Below are positions 18,695-31,686 of a stretch of 64,000 nucleotides of DNA, piece by piece; within the stretch, counting starts at the first letter, position 1; the number at the start of each line of letters is the position of its first letter. The notes beneath the pieces were generated by a model. It saw only the letters and a list, made by a program, of their open reading frames with translations. It had not been told where the DNA came from and did no database searches. Source of the DNA: a bacterium (GTDB lineage: Bacteria > Patescibacteriota > Microgenomatia > UBA8517); contig CP129472.1 of assembly GCA_030583725.1 (NCBI GenBank), forward strand, positions 75 through 64,074, read 5' to 3'. Position numbers and translations under genes: made by a program.

Positions 18695-19679
18695 GAGTGA
18701 GATTTTAAAAAATCCATATAAACTTTCAATTTTGATAGGCGCAATTTTTATATCTGGAATGCTTTTGGGTTCGTTTGGTTACTTAGGTTATTTGAAAGCT
18801 AATGCCCAGAATGATCCTCAACCCCAAACGTACAATACGGAGTTGCCTGAATTAATTGAAGAAGAAAGAGAAACTTCAGATGATGCAGACAGGTTTAACA
18901 TTTTATTAATGGGACACGGTGGTGCAGGCCATTCAGGTGGTGGTTTAATGGATGCTATTATGGTGGTTTCTGTTAACACAACGGACAAGAAAGCGAGTAT
19001 TATATCCATCCCTCGTGATTATTGGTTTTCAGGTCATAAATTAAACGCTGATCCTTCGATTCGTGATGCTGTTACTGCCATAACTGGTTTATTTATCACT
19101 AATCAGATAACAATTGATTTTAATAATTTTGTAAAAATGATTGATAATCTAAACGGCATAACGGTTGACGCCAAAAAAGCCTATGTCGATAATTTTTATC
19201 CCGTCAGGGGTAAAGAAAATGATTTGTGTGGATTTTCTAATGAAAAAATAGTCGAGGTGCATCAAAAATACACAGGTTTTGAATTAGAAAAACAATTTCT
19301 ATGTAGGTATGAGACCATATCATATGGCGTTGGGTTAAATAGTATGAATGGAGAAGAAGCTTTAAAATATGTTAGGAGTAGGCATGGCGATGGCGATTTT
19401 GGAAGAAGTATGCGTCAGTTTGAAGTATTAAAAGCTATACTTCAAAAGGGAAATATTTCTGTGGTGTCAAAGGCCTTATCCTTTGTTAAAACAGATTTAA
19501 ATAATGACAGTCTTAGCTTGTTAATAACTCAGATTGGAAACCCACTGGAATATAGTATTTCATATCTAGGACTATCTGATCAAAATGTACTTACAAACAG
19601 TAAGAGTTCACAGGGTGCATATATTTTGATACCAAAATCAGGAGTTAGTATAAAGGATTATATAAAAAACAGCATCTAA
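18693..19679 (+). CDS. LytR-CpsA-Psr (LCP) family cell-envelope protein
   Basis: N-terminal TM then RFNILLMGHGGAGHSGGGLMDAIMVVSVN...ASIISIPRDYW, the LCP core. ORF-track start at 18384 is antisense-overlapped; ATG at 18693 used. Confidence 0.75.
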   Translation: MSEILKNPYKLSILIGAIFISGMLLGSFGYLGYLKANAQNDPQPQTYNTELPELIEEERETSDDADRFNILLMGHGGAGHSGGGLMDAIMVVSVNTTDKKASIISIPRDYWFSGHKLNADPSIRDAVTAITGLFITNQITIDFNNFVKMIDNLNGITVDAKKAYVDNFYPVRGKENDLCGFSNEKIVEVHQKYTGFELEKQFLCRYETISYGVGLNSMNGEEALKYVRSRHGDGDFGRSMRQFEVLKAILQKGNISVVSKALSFVKTDLNNDSLSLLITQIGNPLEYSISYLGLSDQNVLTNSKSSQGAYILIPKSGVSIKDYIKNSI

Positions 19680-20422
19680 CGGATTTCATACGAGAGGCTT
19701 ATGGTAACTTCTATTTCTGTTTCTCCGGGGGTTATGTTTGCAATTGCTGGTTCAATTCCCACACCCATTTCGACTGACTTATCAAAAGTCATTGGTCTTG
19801 GATAATCAGTTCCAAAGCTTTCAGACACATTTATAATCTTACCCAAGGTTATTCCTGCAGCTTTAGCTAGTCCTTCAGCTTTGGTTTTAGCTTTTTTGAC
19901 TGCTTCTTCACGAGCAGTGTTTAATACTTCTTCTTTATCTTTTTCATTTATCTCAAAACTGATATTTCCAACTACGTTAGCACCAGATGAGGTGGCTAAT
20001 ATTAGAACTTCGTTTATAGCTTCAAAATTTGTAACTTTAATTTCGTAACTTGTTGAAACTCTGTATCCATTTATTCTGTATGGAGAACTTGAATAGTCAT
20101 ACTCTGGACTGACGTTGTAGTTAGTTGTTTTGATATCTTTTTCGTCAATCCCTAGTTTTTTAAGTGAGTCTGTGAGGTTTTTTGAGGTGGCGTTAACCTC
20201 ACCTTGAACCTGTTTCAGAGTCTGCCCTTGTTTTTCTATCCCAATTATTACCTTGGCAATATCAGGAACAATGGTAGCTTTACCAGTCTCTGTGACAACC
20301 AACGGTTCACCCTTAGTTTGAGTTAAAACAGAAATTGGAAGACTTGGACCCCACTTTGAGTATACGAAAAGAAGGATAAAAAAGATGATGATACTACCAA
20401 TAAATTCTACTCTACGCTCCAT
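19676..20422 (-). CDS. SIMPL-domain (DUF541) periplasmic protein
   Basis: N-terminal TM/signal. Pattern matches the 26-kDa periplasmic immunogenic protein family (ISFEINEKDKEEVLNTAREEAVKKAKTKAEGLAKAAG). Confidence 0.6.
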   Translation of the reverse strand: MERRVEFIGSIIIFFILLFVYSKWGPSLPISVLTQTKGEPLVVTETGKATIVPDIAKVIIGIEKQGQTLKQVQGEVNATSKNLTDSLKKLGIDEKDIKTTNYNVSPEYDYSSSPYRINGYRVSTSYEIKVTNFEAINEVLILATSSGANVVGNISFEINEKDKEEVLNTAREEAVKKAKTKAEGLAKAAGITLGKIINVSESFGTDYPRPMTFDKSVEMGVGIEPAIANITPGETEIEVTISLSYEIR

Positions 20423-20476
20423 ATATTTAACTATAGCTCAATTGACACAATTTTCAAGAAGTGATTTAATTAGCTT

Positions 20477-20800
20477 ATGGCATTAACAAATGAAGATAAG
20501 CAATTTATTACAGAAACTGTACAATCTACAGCTAAATCGATTTTTGTCGAGGACAGAAAACATTTAAAAGTCTATTTAGATGATCTTTTTGATACTAAAC
20601 TTGAGGAAAAGGTAAAACAATATGTTGGTAATTTGCCAACCAAAGATGAGTTTAATTCAAGAATGGATGAAATGATGGGAGAAATTAAAATTGTCAGAGA
20701 AGAACAGGCTGGATTATCGCAACACGATCGTGATCAATTTGATGCAATTGAAGCTTTACAAAAAATCCACCCAATGAACTCCCACCCCACCTTTGCTTGA
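20477..20800 (+). CDS. Hypothetical protein (107 aa)
   Basis: Charged, helical. No motif. Confidence 0.35.
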   Translation: MALTNEDKQFITETVQSTAKSIFVEDRKHLKVYLDDLFDTKLEEKVKQYVGNLPTKDEFNSRMDEMMGEIKIVREEQAGLSQHDRDQFDAIEALQKIHPMNSHPTFA

Positions 20801-21068
20801 CTTTTGGATAGGGGTAGTAGTAGACTATCAAAAAATGAAGGAAGTATTCGAAAAGATTGAAGCTCAAATTAAAAGAATTCAAGCAAGAAGTGGTAAAGCT
20901 GGACATACTGAGCCTCCAATGTCTGGGATTGATCAGGTATTGGTAGAAATGGCTATTCCAGTTAATATTAATAATAGAAAAATATCTGGAGGGTTGACAG
21001 ATGAAGAAGCAGCTTCATTATTAAACTTATCAAAAAAAGTTGGCCAAGAAATTAGTTCTCGGTTTTGA
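20793..21068 (+). CDS. Hypothetical protein (91 aa)
   Basis: Overlaps the previous ORF by 8 nt, suggesting coupling. No motif. Confidence 0.35.
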   Translation: MLDFWIGVVVDYQKMKEVFEKIEAQIKRIQARSGKAGHTEPPMSGIDQVLVEMAIPVNINNRKISGGLTDEEAASLLNLSKKVGQEISSRF

Positions 21069-21092
21069 TCGAAATTATAAACTTCTCGTCTA

Positions 21093-24000
21093 TTATTCTC
21101 CTTCTTCCTCATCCCCCGTCTTATCCATTACAGTAGCTGCAGCAATGGAGTCACCCTTGTTTGCAAATCTCATAATAATTACTCCTTGTGTTGCTCTACC
21201 TAGTTGTGGAATGTTTTTAACAGGTAGTTTAATTACTTGACCTTTTTTGGAAGTAATCACTAATTGGTCAGAGTTTTCAGTGACCAAGCAAGCACAGGCC
21301 AACTCCCCTGTTTTTTCTGTAATAATACAAGCTTTAACTCCTTTACCTGCTCTTTTTTGAATTGGAAATAGATCAAATTTAGTTCTTTTGCCGAGACCGT
21401 GAATCGAGAGAGTCAATATATCTCTAAAGACCTTTTTTCTTTTATCTGTTGGAACTACCAATTTATCAGGAAAAACTTCCATACCGATTATTTGGTCGTC
21501 CTTATCAAATTTCATACCAGTTACGCCAGTTGTTGCTCTGCCCATTGGTCTGACGTTGCTTTCGGGAAATCTTATAGACATTCCTTTTCTAGTAAGAAGC
21601 ATAATGTTGTCTGAACCGTAAGTTAAATGTGCAGAAATCAAACTATCATTGTTTTGAAGTTTTATAGCAATTAAACCACTTGCTCTTAAATTTTCAAATT
21701 GTTTTAACTCAGTTTTTTTAATTATTCCTGATGCAGTTGATAGAATTAGATTCTTTGCTCCAGATTCTCTATCCATTGGTAAAATTGACTTAACAATTTC
21801 ACCACTTTCAAGGTTTAAGAAATTTACTAAGGCTTGGCCCTTTGCTTGCCTACTACTTTCTGGTATTTCATAGGCTTTTGTTCCAAAAACACGACCTTTA
21901 TTTGTAAAAAATAAAATCTGATCATGTGTACTGGCGGTAACCAAGTGATCAATTTCGTCTTCTTCTTTTGTGGTCATTCCAATCACTCCCTTTCCTCCTC
22001 TTCTCTGAGCTTTATAGGTATTTTTTGAAACTCTTTTAATATAGCCAGTTTTTGTAACAGTTACCAAACAATCTTCTTTTGCAACCAAATCTTCTTCACT
22101 AAACTCCCCTATTTTACTTTTATATATTTTAGTTTTTCTTGAGTCTCCAAACTTTGCCTTAAGATCGGTTAACTCTTTGGTTATGATTTGAAGTATTCTC
22201 TTGGGGTCTTTTAAGATTGCGATCAACTCATCTATTATCTTCTTTATTTCCTGATACTCTTTTTCAATTTTTTCTCTTTCTAGAGCAGCAAGACGCCTAA
22301 GTTGCATATCAAGAATAGCGATACTCTGTATCTCAGATAGTTTAAACCTGCTTATTAAATTAGTTTTGGCTTCTTCTTGTGTTTTACTCTCTCTAATTGT
22401 TTTAATAACTGCGTCTAAATTATCTAGTGCAATTTTTAAACCTTCCAAAATATGCGCTCTTCTTTTTGCTTCAGTTAATTCAAATATTGTTCTTCTTACT
22501 ACCACCTTTTGTCTGTGTTTAATATATTCAACAAGAATTTGTTTTAGGTTTAAAGTGTGTGGTGTTCCATCAACCAACGCAACAAAGTTTGCAGGAAACG
22601 TTGTCTGGAGTCTTGTGTGTTTGTATAAGTTATTCAAAACTGACTTTGGCTTTGCATCTTTTTTAAGGTCAATTGCAACCCTCATACCATCTTTGTCCGA
22701 TTCGTCTCGAAGATCTGCTATACCTACCATCTTTTTGTCTTTGACAAGCTCTGCAATTTTAGCTACCATTTCCGCCTTGTTAACTTGATATGGAATTTCA
22801 GAAATTATTATTTGAGATTTTTTACCATTATCAACTATTTCTGCTATACCACGGACCACAATTCTACCCCGCCCGGTTGCATATACTTCTTTTAGTGACA
22901 TGGAGTCGTATATTGCGCCACCCGTAGGAAAGTCAGGACCTGGTAAAACTTCAGTAATTTCATCCACTGTTGCATCCGTCTCGAACGAAATTGACTTTGG
23001 ATCTACTTCCTCTTGAGTAAATGCTTTCTCTGCTCCTGATGCAATTAAATTAATCTTTTTGATAACAAACTCATTTTCTTTTTGATGCTGGTCTTGATTC
23101 TCAATAGTGACTTTACCTTTTGCAATCATCATAAAAATTGCGTCAATAACTTCAGTTAGATTGTGTGGAGGAATCTTGGTGGCCATACCAACAGCAATTC
23201 CCTCAGAGCCCATAAGTAGTAAGTTTGGCAAAAGAGCTGGTAAAAATACTGGTTCTTTTAGGGTGGTATCAAAGTTATCAACGTAGTCAACAGTATCCTT
23301 TTCCATATCTGCAAGGATATATTCAGAGATTGGAGAAAGCTTAGCCTCAGTATAACGCATGGCTGCTGCTGAGTCACCATCCACTGAGTTGTGGACAAAT
23401 ATGCCAGAGTCAAGCGCAAAGTTATGCCATGGGGCTATTGTTAAATCGTAAACGTCTTCAATCTCAGAGAGGTATTTAACTTTTAGTATTTTGTGGTTGT
23501 ATAGTTTTGCTTGATTTACGACTTCGGAAAAATTTGTAAAATATTTCAGTGTATTTTCTAGATTTGGTATACCATTTCTTCTCTCTTTTTCGTAAATTGT
23601 TTCTGTTAGGTGGTCGTATCTTACTAGAAGATGAGAAGTATAACTCAATATTTTGGCTTTAACCATCTTTTCTCTAGATTTAGGATTAATCCATTGTAAT
23701 CTTGCTTTATTTCTATGAAGCGCTACAATTTTTTCATCTGACCAAAGGGCTTGGGCCATTTTTTTGAAATGGTTTTTAGGGTATTTTGCACGATACTCCT
23801 CGTTTTGCCATAATAGTTTTGAAGACTTACTCTGTTTTTCTTTCCAGTCCTTTTTGTTTGTCAACTCCTTTATTATTCTTGACATGTGTTCTCTATGTTC
23901 AGGTTTGTTCCATAATTCAAGAGATGTCTTTCGCATATGTTCACTCATCACTTTTCTGTATTCTTCGTCCTGCCATCTTTTCTTCATCTCTTTTGATTTA

Positions 24001-25148
24001 AGTATGCTCATTATTTTTTGGAATTCACTACTTTTCCACATTTCCTTAAGTTTTTTACTAGAAATGTCTGACATGAATTTTTTATAATTTTCATCTTCCC
24101 ACAACTTCTTAACTCGGAGAGAATGTCTTTTTATAAATTCAGGATCTTTCCAAAGTTTCTTGTTTAAGTTTTTTGCACGTTCTGAGAGAATATCGTGTGC
24201 ATCAGACAAGAACTTATCCCTACCTTCTTTTATTTTTTTAACGTACAATGGATCATTTTTGTGTCTCCAACTGGCCATTTTATAATGAAGCTTCCAGTGA
24301 TCTTCCCAGCCCATTCTTTGAATATTGTCAGGATTGTTATTGAGTTTATTAAAGTCTATGTGGTGACGAACACGACCCGCTGATTTTTTATAACTTTTGT
24401 TATTTAAGTTCCAAAGATCCGCCAAATGGTGGATAAACTCAGAATTATTACTAAGTGGCTGGTGAATCATCTCATAACCTTTTAAGTTCTTATCCAAAGA
24501 CCCATCGCTTTTGGTTATGTAAAGTGGCATTAAGGATTGTCCAGACGTCAAGTCTTTAGCTTTTTTGTATTTTCCGTTTCTAAGTAAGAACTTATGGTCA
24601 GGTGTACAACGTATTTTTTCACCGTTATCTAGAGTTACCTCCACCAATTCAGCACTTTTACGAGTCAGTCTAGGGTTTTTAATTTCAGAAATTTCAATAA
24701 CTTTATTTTTAGTATTAAAGGTAAATCCCCAGTGTCGACTTCCCTTTTTTTGCTCTTTTATTAATTCTCCAAAGTTTAGACTTCTTCCGTCTGCAAGTTT
24801 AATTTTTGTGTCTTTTGTAAAACAACCAAAGTTACCCTGACCGCGAACAAGTGGGTATCTCATCGAAAAGTCTTGGGCAAGTCTAACCATTGTGTCATAG
24901 ACTGCGCTGTCACCGTGTGGGTGGTACTTTCCTAACACCTCACCTACAACCTTGGCAGACTTTGTAAAGCTAGCTGTATGTTTAAGTCCCATCTGCGCCA
25001 TGGCATACAAAATTCTTCTGTGAACTGGTTTTAAACCGTCTCTAACATCTGGAAGTGCACGAGCAACAATGACACTCATTGCATAATCAACGTACGACTT
25101 AGATAACTCTGAAGTTATTTCTATTTGTTGAAGTTTTCCAATATCCAT
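21093..25148 (-). CDS. gyrA: DNA gyrase subunit A, interrupted by an in-frame intein
   Basis: RALPDVRDGLKPVHRRILYAM, GKYHPHGDSAVYDTMVRLAQDFS, then GQGNFG|[intein]|SVDGDSAAAMRYTEAKL (active-site Tyr). C-terminal beta-pinwheel repeats. 1351 aa including a 479-aa insertion. Confidence 0.9.
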   Translation of the reverse strand: MDIGKLQQIEITSELSKSYVDYAMSVIVARALPDVRDGLKPVHRRILYAMAQMGLKHTASFTKSAKVVGEVLGKYHPHGDSAVYDTMVRLAQDFSMRYPLVRGQGNFGCFTKDTKIKLADGRSLNFGELIKEQKKGSRHWGFTFNTKNKVIEISEIKNPRLTRKSAELVEVTLDNGEKIRCTPDHKFLLRNGKYKKAKDLTSGQSLMPLYITKSDGSLDKNLKGYEMIHQPLSNNSEFIHHLADLWNLNNKSYKKSAGRVRHHIDFNKLNNNPDNIQRMGWEDHWKLHYKMASWRHKNDPLYVKKIKEGRDKFLSDAHDILSERAKNLNKKLWKDPEFIKRHSLRVKKLWEDENYKKFMSDISSKKLKEMWKSSEFQKIMSILKSKEMKKRWQDEEYRKVMSEHMRKTSLELWNKPEHREHMSRIIKELTNKKDWKEKQSKSSKLLWQNEEYRAKYPKNHFKKMAQALWSDEKIVALHRNKARLQWINPKSREKMVKAKILSYTSHLLVRYDHLTETIYEKERRNGIPNLENTLKYFTNFSEVVNQAKLYNHKILKVKYLSEIEDVYDLTIAPWHNFALDSGIFVHNSVDGDSAAAMRYTEAKLSPISEYILADMEKDTVDYVDNFDTTLKEPVFLPALLPNLLLMGSEGIAVGMATKIPPHNLTEVIDAIFMMIAKGKVTIENQDQHQKENEFVIKKINLIASGAEKAFTQEEVDPKSISFETDATVDEITEVLPGPDFPTGGAIYDSMSLKEVYATGRGRIVVRGIAEIVDNGKKSQIIISEIPYQVNKAEMVAKIAELVKDKKMVGIADLRDESDKDGMRVAIDLKKDAKPKSVLNNLYKHTRLQTTFPANFVALVDGTPHTLNLKQILVEYIKHRQKVVVRRTIFELTEAKRRAHILEGLKIALDNLDAVIKTIRESKTQEEAKTNLISRFKLSEIQSIAILDMQLRRLAALEREKIEKEYQEIKKIIDELIAILKDPKRILQIITKELTDLKAKFGDSRKTKIYKSKIGEFSEEDLVAKEDCLVTVTKTGYIKRVSKNTYKAQRRGGKGVIGMTTKEEDEIDHLVTASTHDQILFFTNKGRVFGTKAYEIPESSRQAKGQALVNFLNLESGEIVKSILPMDRESGAKNLILSTASGIIKKTELKQFENLRASGLIAIKLQNNDSLISAHLTYGSDNIMLLTRKGMSIRFPESNVRPMGRATTGVTGMKFDKDDQIIGMEVFPDKLVVPTDKRKKVFRDILTLSIHGLGKRTKFDLFPIQKRAGKGVKACIITEKTGELACACLVTENSDQLVITSKKGQVIKLPVKNIPQLGRATQGVIIMRFANKGDSIAAATVMDKTGDEEEGE
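23388..24824 (-). mobile_element. GyrA intein (479 aa) with HNH-type homing endonuclease and NUMOD-like tandem helical repeats
   Basis: Starts with Cys after GQGNFG (CFTKDTKIKLADGRSL, block A) and ends IFVHN before SVDGD. HNH motif RHHIDFNKLNNNPDNIQRMGWEDHWKLH. About 9 tandem repeats of an ~17-aa unit (LWxDxEYxKxMSxxxxKK). Confidence 0.8.
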
Positions 25149-25325
25149 ATTTATTTAAAAATTATATAAGGCCTGTTAAGAAACAAAAAACGACTATCAA
25201 CTAGCCTTGATCATTCTATCGTGTTTTATATGCCTAAAGCAAGTAGAAAGTAATAAGATATCTAATCTGTGTGGAGGAGTGCATAGATCAAGATAGCTTA
25301 ACACTATTATGGGGTATATTTATGT

Positions 25326-25646
25326 TTATGAATATTTCAACCGCTTCTTCTTTTTTGGTCTAAATAAATAGTTGAAGACGTAGTCTGCGGAGGTATATAA
25401 TGGGGGCTTTGATTCAGTTTCAACTGCCTGATTAAATATATTTGGGTTATCCTCTCCACTTTTTTGCATCTCTTTATGCCACTCTTCAATTGTTAGACCT
25501 AATGTCTCTGCCTCGACATTATTTTGTTTGCGGACTTTATTTAGAGTCTCTTCAGTTGCTGATTTGGCAGCGTGTATTTGATTATTATAATAATTAACTT
25601 TTTGTTCGAAGTTCAAAACAAGTAGAATGATAAAAGTTAAAATCAA
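25326..25646 (-). CDS. Hypothetical protein with N-terminal TM helix
   Basis: 106 aa. No motif. Confidence 0.35.
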   Translation of the reverse strand: MILTFIILLVLNFEQKVNYYNNQIHAAKSATEETLNKVRKQNNVEAETLGLTIEEWHKEMQKSGEDNPNIFNQAVETESKPPLYTSADYVFNYLFRPKKKKRLKYS

Positions 25647-25682
25647 CTATTTTCAACTATCAAAATTCTGGTAGAATAACAA

Positions 25683-26459
25683 TTACCCCCTAGGAAACCA
25701 AGGTATGAGTGCTGAAGTTTTTTTCTTGTAGTTTTCAAATTCCTTGTTGCCTTCATACTTTTTCTCAAGCAATGGAACACCTGAAACTTTTACTAAAAGG
25801 TAGGTAATTGTTAGAGGTCCAACCAGTCCCAAAAGATAATAAGTTGAGCCAAAAGTTAATATCCATACTCCCCACCACATAGTTATCTCTCCAAAATAGT
25901 TCGGGTGTCTTGAATATTTCCAAAGACCAGACTTTAAAATCCCCCCTTTGTTTTTAGGATCTTTTTTGAAAAAATACATTTCTAAGTCCCCTACTGTTTC
26001 AAAGTAAAAACCAATAACCCAGATAATCAATCCAATAAAACCATAGAAACTTACGCCTCCTCCAAATCTGTTATATAAATTTGGAGCTAGTGAGATTAAA
26101 AACATAAAAAAACCTTGAACCAAAAATACGTTTATATAGCTTTTTAGAATAGCATTCTTTCCCCACTTTTCTTTCCACTCTTTATATCTAAAGTCTTCTG
26201 ACTTACCCCAATTCCTTAATGTTATATAGCCTGTTAACCTTAAGCCCCACAAAAAAATTAAAATGGTGATGATAATCTTTGTTCTTTGAAAATCACCGGA
26301 CATAAAAAGATTGAAAATAGCCAAAACTATAAACCCCATACCCCAAGCCGAATCTGCAATATCGTTTCTCTTTAGTTTAATTGAAAGCAAAAAGAACAAG
26401 TTCATAAAGAAGAATATAACTAACGTATTTTGCCAAGAAAAATTGAATAATTCCAACAT
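25683..26459 (-). CDS. DUF1295 / isoprenylcysteine-methyltransferase-like (steroid-reductase fold) membrane protein
   Basis: Polytopic membrane protein with C-terminal YSRHPNYFGEITMWWGVWIL motif. Confidence 0.55.
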   Translation of the reverse strand: MLELFNFSWQNTLVIFFFMNLFFLLSIKLKRNDIADSAWGMGFIVLAIFNLFMSGDFQRTKIIITILIFLWGLRLTGYITLRNWGKSEDFRYKEWKEKWGKNAILKSYINVFLVQGFFMFLISLAPNLYNRFGGGVSFYGFIGLIIWVIGFYFETVGDLEMYFFKKDPKNKGGILKSGLWKYSRHPNYFGEITMWWGVWILTFGSTYYLLGLVGPLTITYLLVKVSGVPLLEKKYEGNKEFENYKKKTSALIPWFPRG

Positions 26460-26460
26460 T

Positions 26461-26847
26461 TTAAGAAATCTTTTGTATTATGGTTAAGGCAAAGTATGCA
26501 GTGGTTAAACATAGTATACCTCCCCAGATTATGTCGACTATTGTCATTTGAACAGACCAGCCTTTAAGTGTTGCTAGGTTTGTTAGATCATAAACTGCAT
26601 AGGCACAAACACCGTAAACAAATGCATCAATTAAGGCCTTTGTTGTTGGGCCATTATCTATATGCCTACTAATTACAAGCCAAAATAAACCAAGGGGAAT
26701 GAATATATAAACTAGTAAAACAGCAGGCCAGTTAACCACTCTTTCGAAGTTGACAAGCCATTTGTCGTAGGTATTTTTCATTAAAAACAGCCAGATAATA
26801 TCTAATGGAAGCATTACTAGTAGAGTGATGAATAAATTTTTAAACAT
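26461..26847 (-). CDS. Small integral membrane protein (4 TM)
   Basis: 128 aa hydrophobic protein. 1-nt gap to the downstream gene (operonic). Confidence 0.45.
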   Translation of the reverse strand: MFKNLFITLLVMLPLDIIWLFLMKNTYDKWLVNFERVVNWPAVLLVYIFIPLGLFWLVISRHIDNGPTTKALIDAFVYGVCAYAVYDLTNLATLKGWSVQMTIVDIIWGGILCLTTAYFALTIIQKIS

Positions 26848-26864
26848 ATTATTTCTAATAATTA

Positions 26865-27983
26865 TTATACTATAGATTTTGCAACTATTTTTGCCACATT
26901 TTTATCAAACGCACTTGGGATTATTTTTTTAGGTGTTGGATTTTTAACTAACTTTGACAAGTTTACTGCAGCCCTAATTAACATTTTATTGGTAATTCTT
27001 TTTACTTTATTATCTAGTGCCCCCCTAAAAATACCGGGGAAAGCCAAAACATTATTAATTTGATTTTCGAAATCACTTCTTCCTGTTGCTACAATCTTTG
27101 CTCCGCCTAGTTTTGCATCCTCAGGCATTATCTCAGGAATGGGGTTTGCCATTGCAAAAATAATTGCATTACTTTTCATTTGAGAGACATCATTTTTATC
27201 TAATAGGTTTCCACTACTAAGGCCTATGAATACATCTTTATTTTTAATAATCTTTTTAATATCACCATCTTCAGTATTTTTATTTGTGGTGTTAGCAAGA
27301 CTAAGTTTTTCTCGGTTTAAATCCTTCCTCAATGTTGATATTGCGCCTTGCGAATCACAAATGACAATATTTTTAAAACCGTATTCCAAGAGCAGTTTAC
27401 AAACAGCAGTACCAGCTGCTCCTGAGCCATTTATTACTATTTCAACACTTAAGTCCTTTTTAACCACCTTAATTGCGTTTATCAAAGCAGAAAGCACTAC
27501 CACAGCTGTTCCATGCTGATCGTCGTGCATAACAGGAATATCCAATTCCTTGATAAGTCTTCTTTCTATTTCAAAGCATTTGGGAGCTTTAATATCTTCT
27601 AAATTTATTCCCCCGAAAACAGGTGCAATGTTTTTGACTATCTCTACAATTTCATCACTATTTTGAGTGTTTAAGCAAATAGGAAAGGCGTCAACATTTC
27701 CAAATCTTTTGAAAAGTGCAGCTTTTCCTTCCATCACGGGGATTGCTCCATATGCTCCGATATTTCCTAACCCTAAGACTGCTGAACCGTCTGAAACAAC
27801 AGCAATAGTGTTTGATTTTAGAGAAAGTTCAGAAGCCCTTTTGTTGTTTTTGGCAAGTTCTTTGCTAACTTCGGCTACCCCTGGAGTATATGCTAGAGAC
27901 AGGTCAACCTTATCTTTAATTGGAGATTTTAGTTCAGTTCCAATTTTCCCTTTATATTTTTTGTGATATGAAATTGAGTCCAT
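26865..27983 (-). CDS. NAD(P)-dependent malic enzyme (short prokaryotic type)
   Basis: LSLAYTPGVAEVSKELAKN, NAD-binding INGSGAAGTAVCKLL. ATG at 27983 chosen; the ORF-track start at 28046 overlaps the divergent gene. Confidence 0.8.
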   Translation of the reverse strand: MDSISYHKKYKGKIGTELKSPIKDKVDLSLAYTPGVAEVSKELAKNNKRASELSLKSNTIAVVSDGSAVLGLGNIGAYGAIPVMEGKAALFKRFGNVDAFPICLNTQNSDEIVEIVKNIAPVFGGINLEDIKAPKCFEIERRLIKELDIPVMHDDQHGTAVVVLSALINAIKVVKKDLSVEIVINGSGAAGTAVCKLLLEYGFKNIVICDSQGAISTLRKDLNREKLSLANTTNKNTEDGDIKKIIKNKDVFIGLSSGNLLDKNDVSQMKSNAIIFAMANPIPEIMPEDAKLGGAKIVATGRSDFENQINNVLAFPGIFRGALDNKVKRITNKMLIRAAVNLSKLVKNPTPKKIIPSAFDKNVAKIVAKSIV

Positions 27984-28012
27984 TTGTAAACATTGTATAA
28001 TGACTTCTATAT

Positions 28013-28624
28013 ATGTACAACGAGGTGATTTTTGATCTGGAAACACAAAGATTTTTTGATGATATAGAGGGATTTAATCCAGCTGATTTGGGAGTTTCAA
28101 TTCTGTCTATCTATGTCAGAAAGATTGACCACAATTACAGTGAGATTGAGGGTCAAACGATATCTTTTTATGAACCTGATTTACTAAAGTCATGGGAATA
28201 TTTCAAAAACGCAGATAGAATTATTGGCTTTAACTCAAAAAGATTTGATGTCCCAGCCTTAAAACCTTACTTGTCAAGTGACATTGGTAAAATTCCTCAT
28301 CTGGATATATTAGAACATATTAAAGAGGTCAATGGAAAACGTGTTTCATTAAACGCAGTCGTTAAGGAGACCTTAGGTGATCACAAGGCAGATGACCCCC
28401 AAAATGCAATTCTTTACTGGCAGAAAAGAGATGAAGAAAGTTTAAAAAAATTAAAATTCTATTGTGAGGAAGACGTAAGACTAACCAAAGAAGTCTATGA
28501 CTATGGATTAAAGAACAAAAAGCTTCATTTCAAAGATTTTTGGAATGATATAAAAACGATTGATGTTGATTTTAGTTACCCAGTGCTGGAAAAAGAAATT
28601 GAAAAACAGGAGAGTCTATTTTAA
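28013..28624 (+). CDS. Putative DEDD-type 3'-5' exonuclease-like protein
   Basis: Exo-I-like VIFDLETQ, GFNSKRFDVP, C-terminal YCEEDVRLTKEVYDYG. Pattern-based only. Confidence 0.4.
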   Translation: MYNEVIFDLETQRFFDDIEGFNPADLGVSILSIYVRKIDHNYSEIEGQTISFYEPDLLKSWEYFKNADRIIGFNSKRFDVPALKPYLSSDIGKIPHLDILEHIKEVNGKRVSLNAVVKETLGDHKADDPQNAILYWQKRDEESLKKLKFYCEEDVRLTKEVYDYGLKNKKLHFKDFWNDIKTIDVDFSYPVLEKEIEKQESLF

Positions 28625-28627
28625 AAG

Positions 28628-29158
28628 CTACTTAAATTTTGAAAGGTAGGCAGAATTACTTGCCATTATTATTTTCCAAGCTTCATCTTTGTTACCCCAA
28701 CCTTCAACTTTTGTACTTCCTGGTTTTTTTAAGTCTTTGTAGTGTGCAAAATGATGTTCAAGTTTGTTTTTCCAAGTTTCTGTTAAGTCACTGATATCAG
28801 TTATTACACTTCCTGTATTTCTATCGTCCTCTGGAACACAAATTATTTTGTGATCATTTTCCCCGTCATCAACAAAATTTAAAACGCCAACAACTTTTAC
28901 TTTCACCATTATGCCTGTTGGCAATGGTTCGTCTGTTATAATTAACGTGTCAAGTGGGTCATTGTCTTCATCCCAGGTTTGAGGGATAAAACCATAGTTT
29001 ACTGGTTTTGCAAAAATCTCCGGCTCTACCCTATCAAGGACAAATATATTTGGTTCGTAATTATATTCAATCTTATTTCTTGAACCTCTTGATATTTCAA
29101 CAAAAGTATTTAAATACTCTCCCTCTTTCCCAAATTCGATGTCGTGTAGTAAGTTCAT
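28628..29158 (-). CDS. ppa: Inorganic pyrophosphatase (family I)
   Basis: DPLDTLIITDEPLPTGIMVKVKVVGVLNFVDDGENDHKIICVP is the family I PPase core. Confidence 0.85.
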   Translation of the reverse strand: MNLLHDIEFGKEGEYLNTFVEISRGSRNKIEYNYEPNIFVLDRVEPEIFAKPVNYGFIPQTWDEDNDPLDTLIITDEPLPTGIMVKVKVVGVLNFVDDGENDHKIICVPEDDRNTGSVITDISDLTETWKNKLEHHFAHYKDLKKPGSTKVEGWGNKDEAWKIIMASNSAYLSKFK

Positions 29159-29183
29159 AAATATTAGTATATAACTTTAATTT

Positions 29184-31686
<2,503 letters not shown>

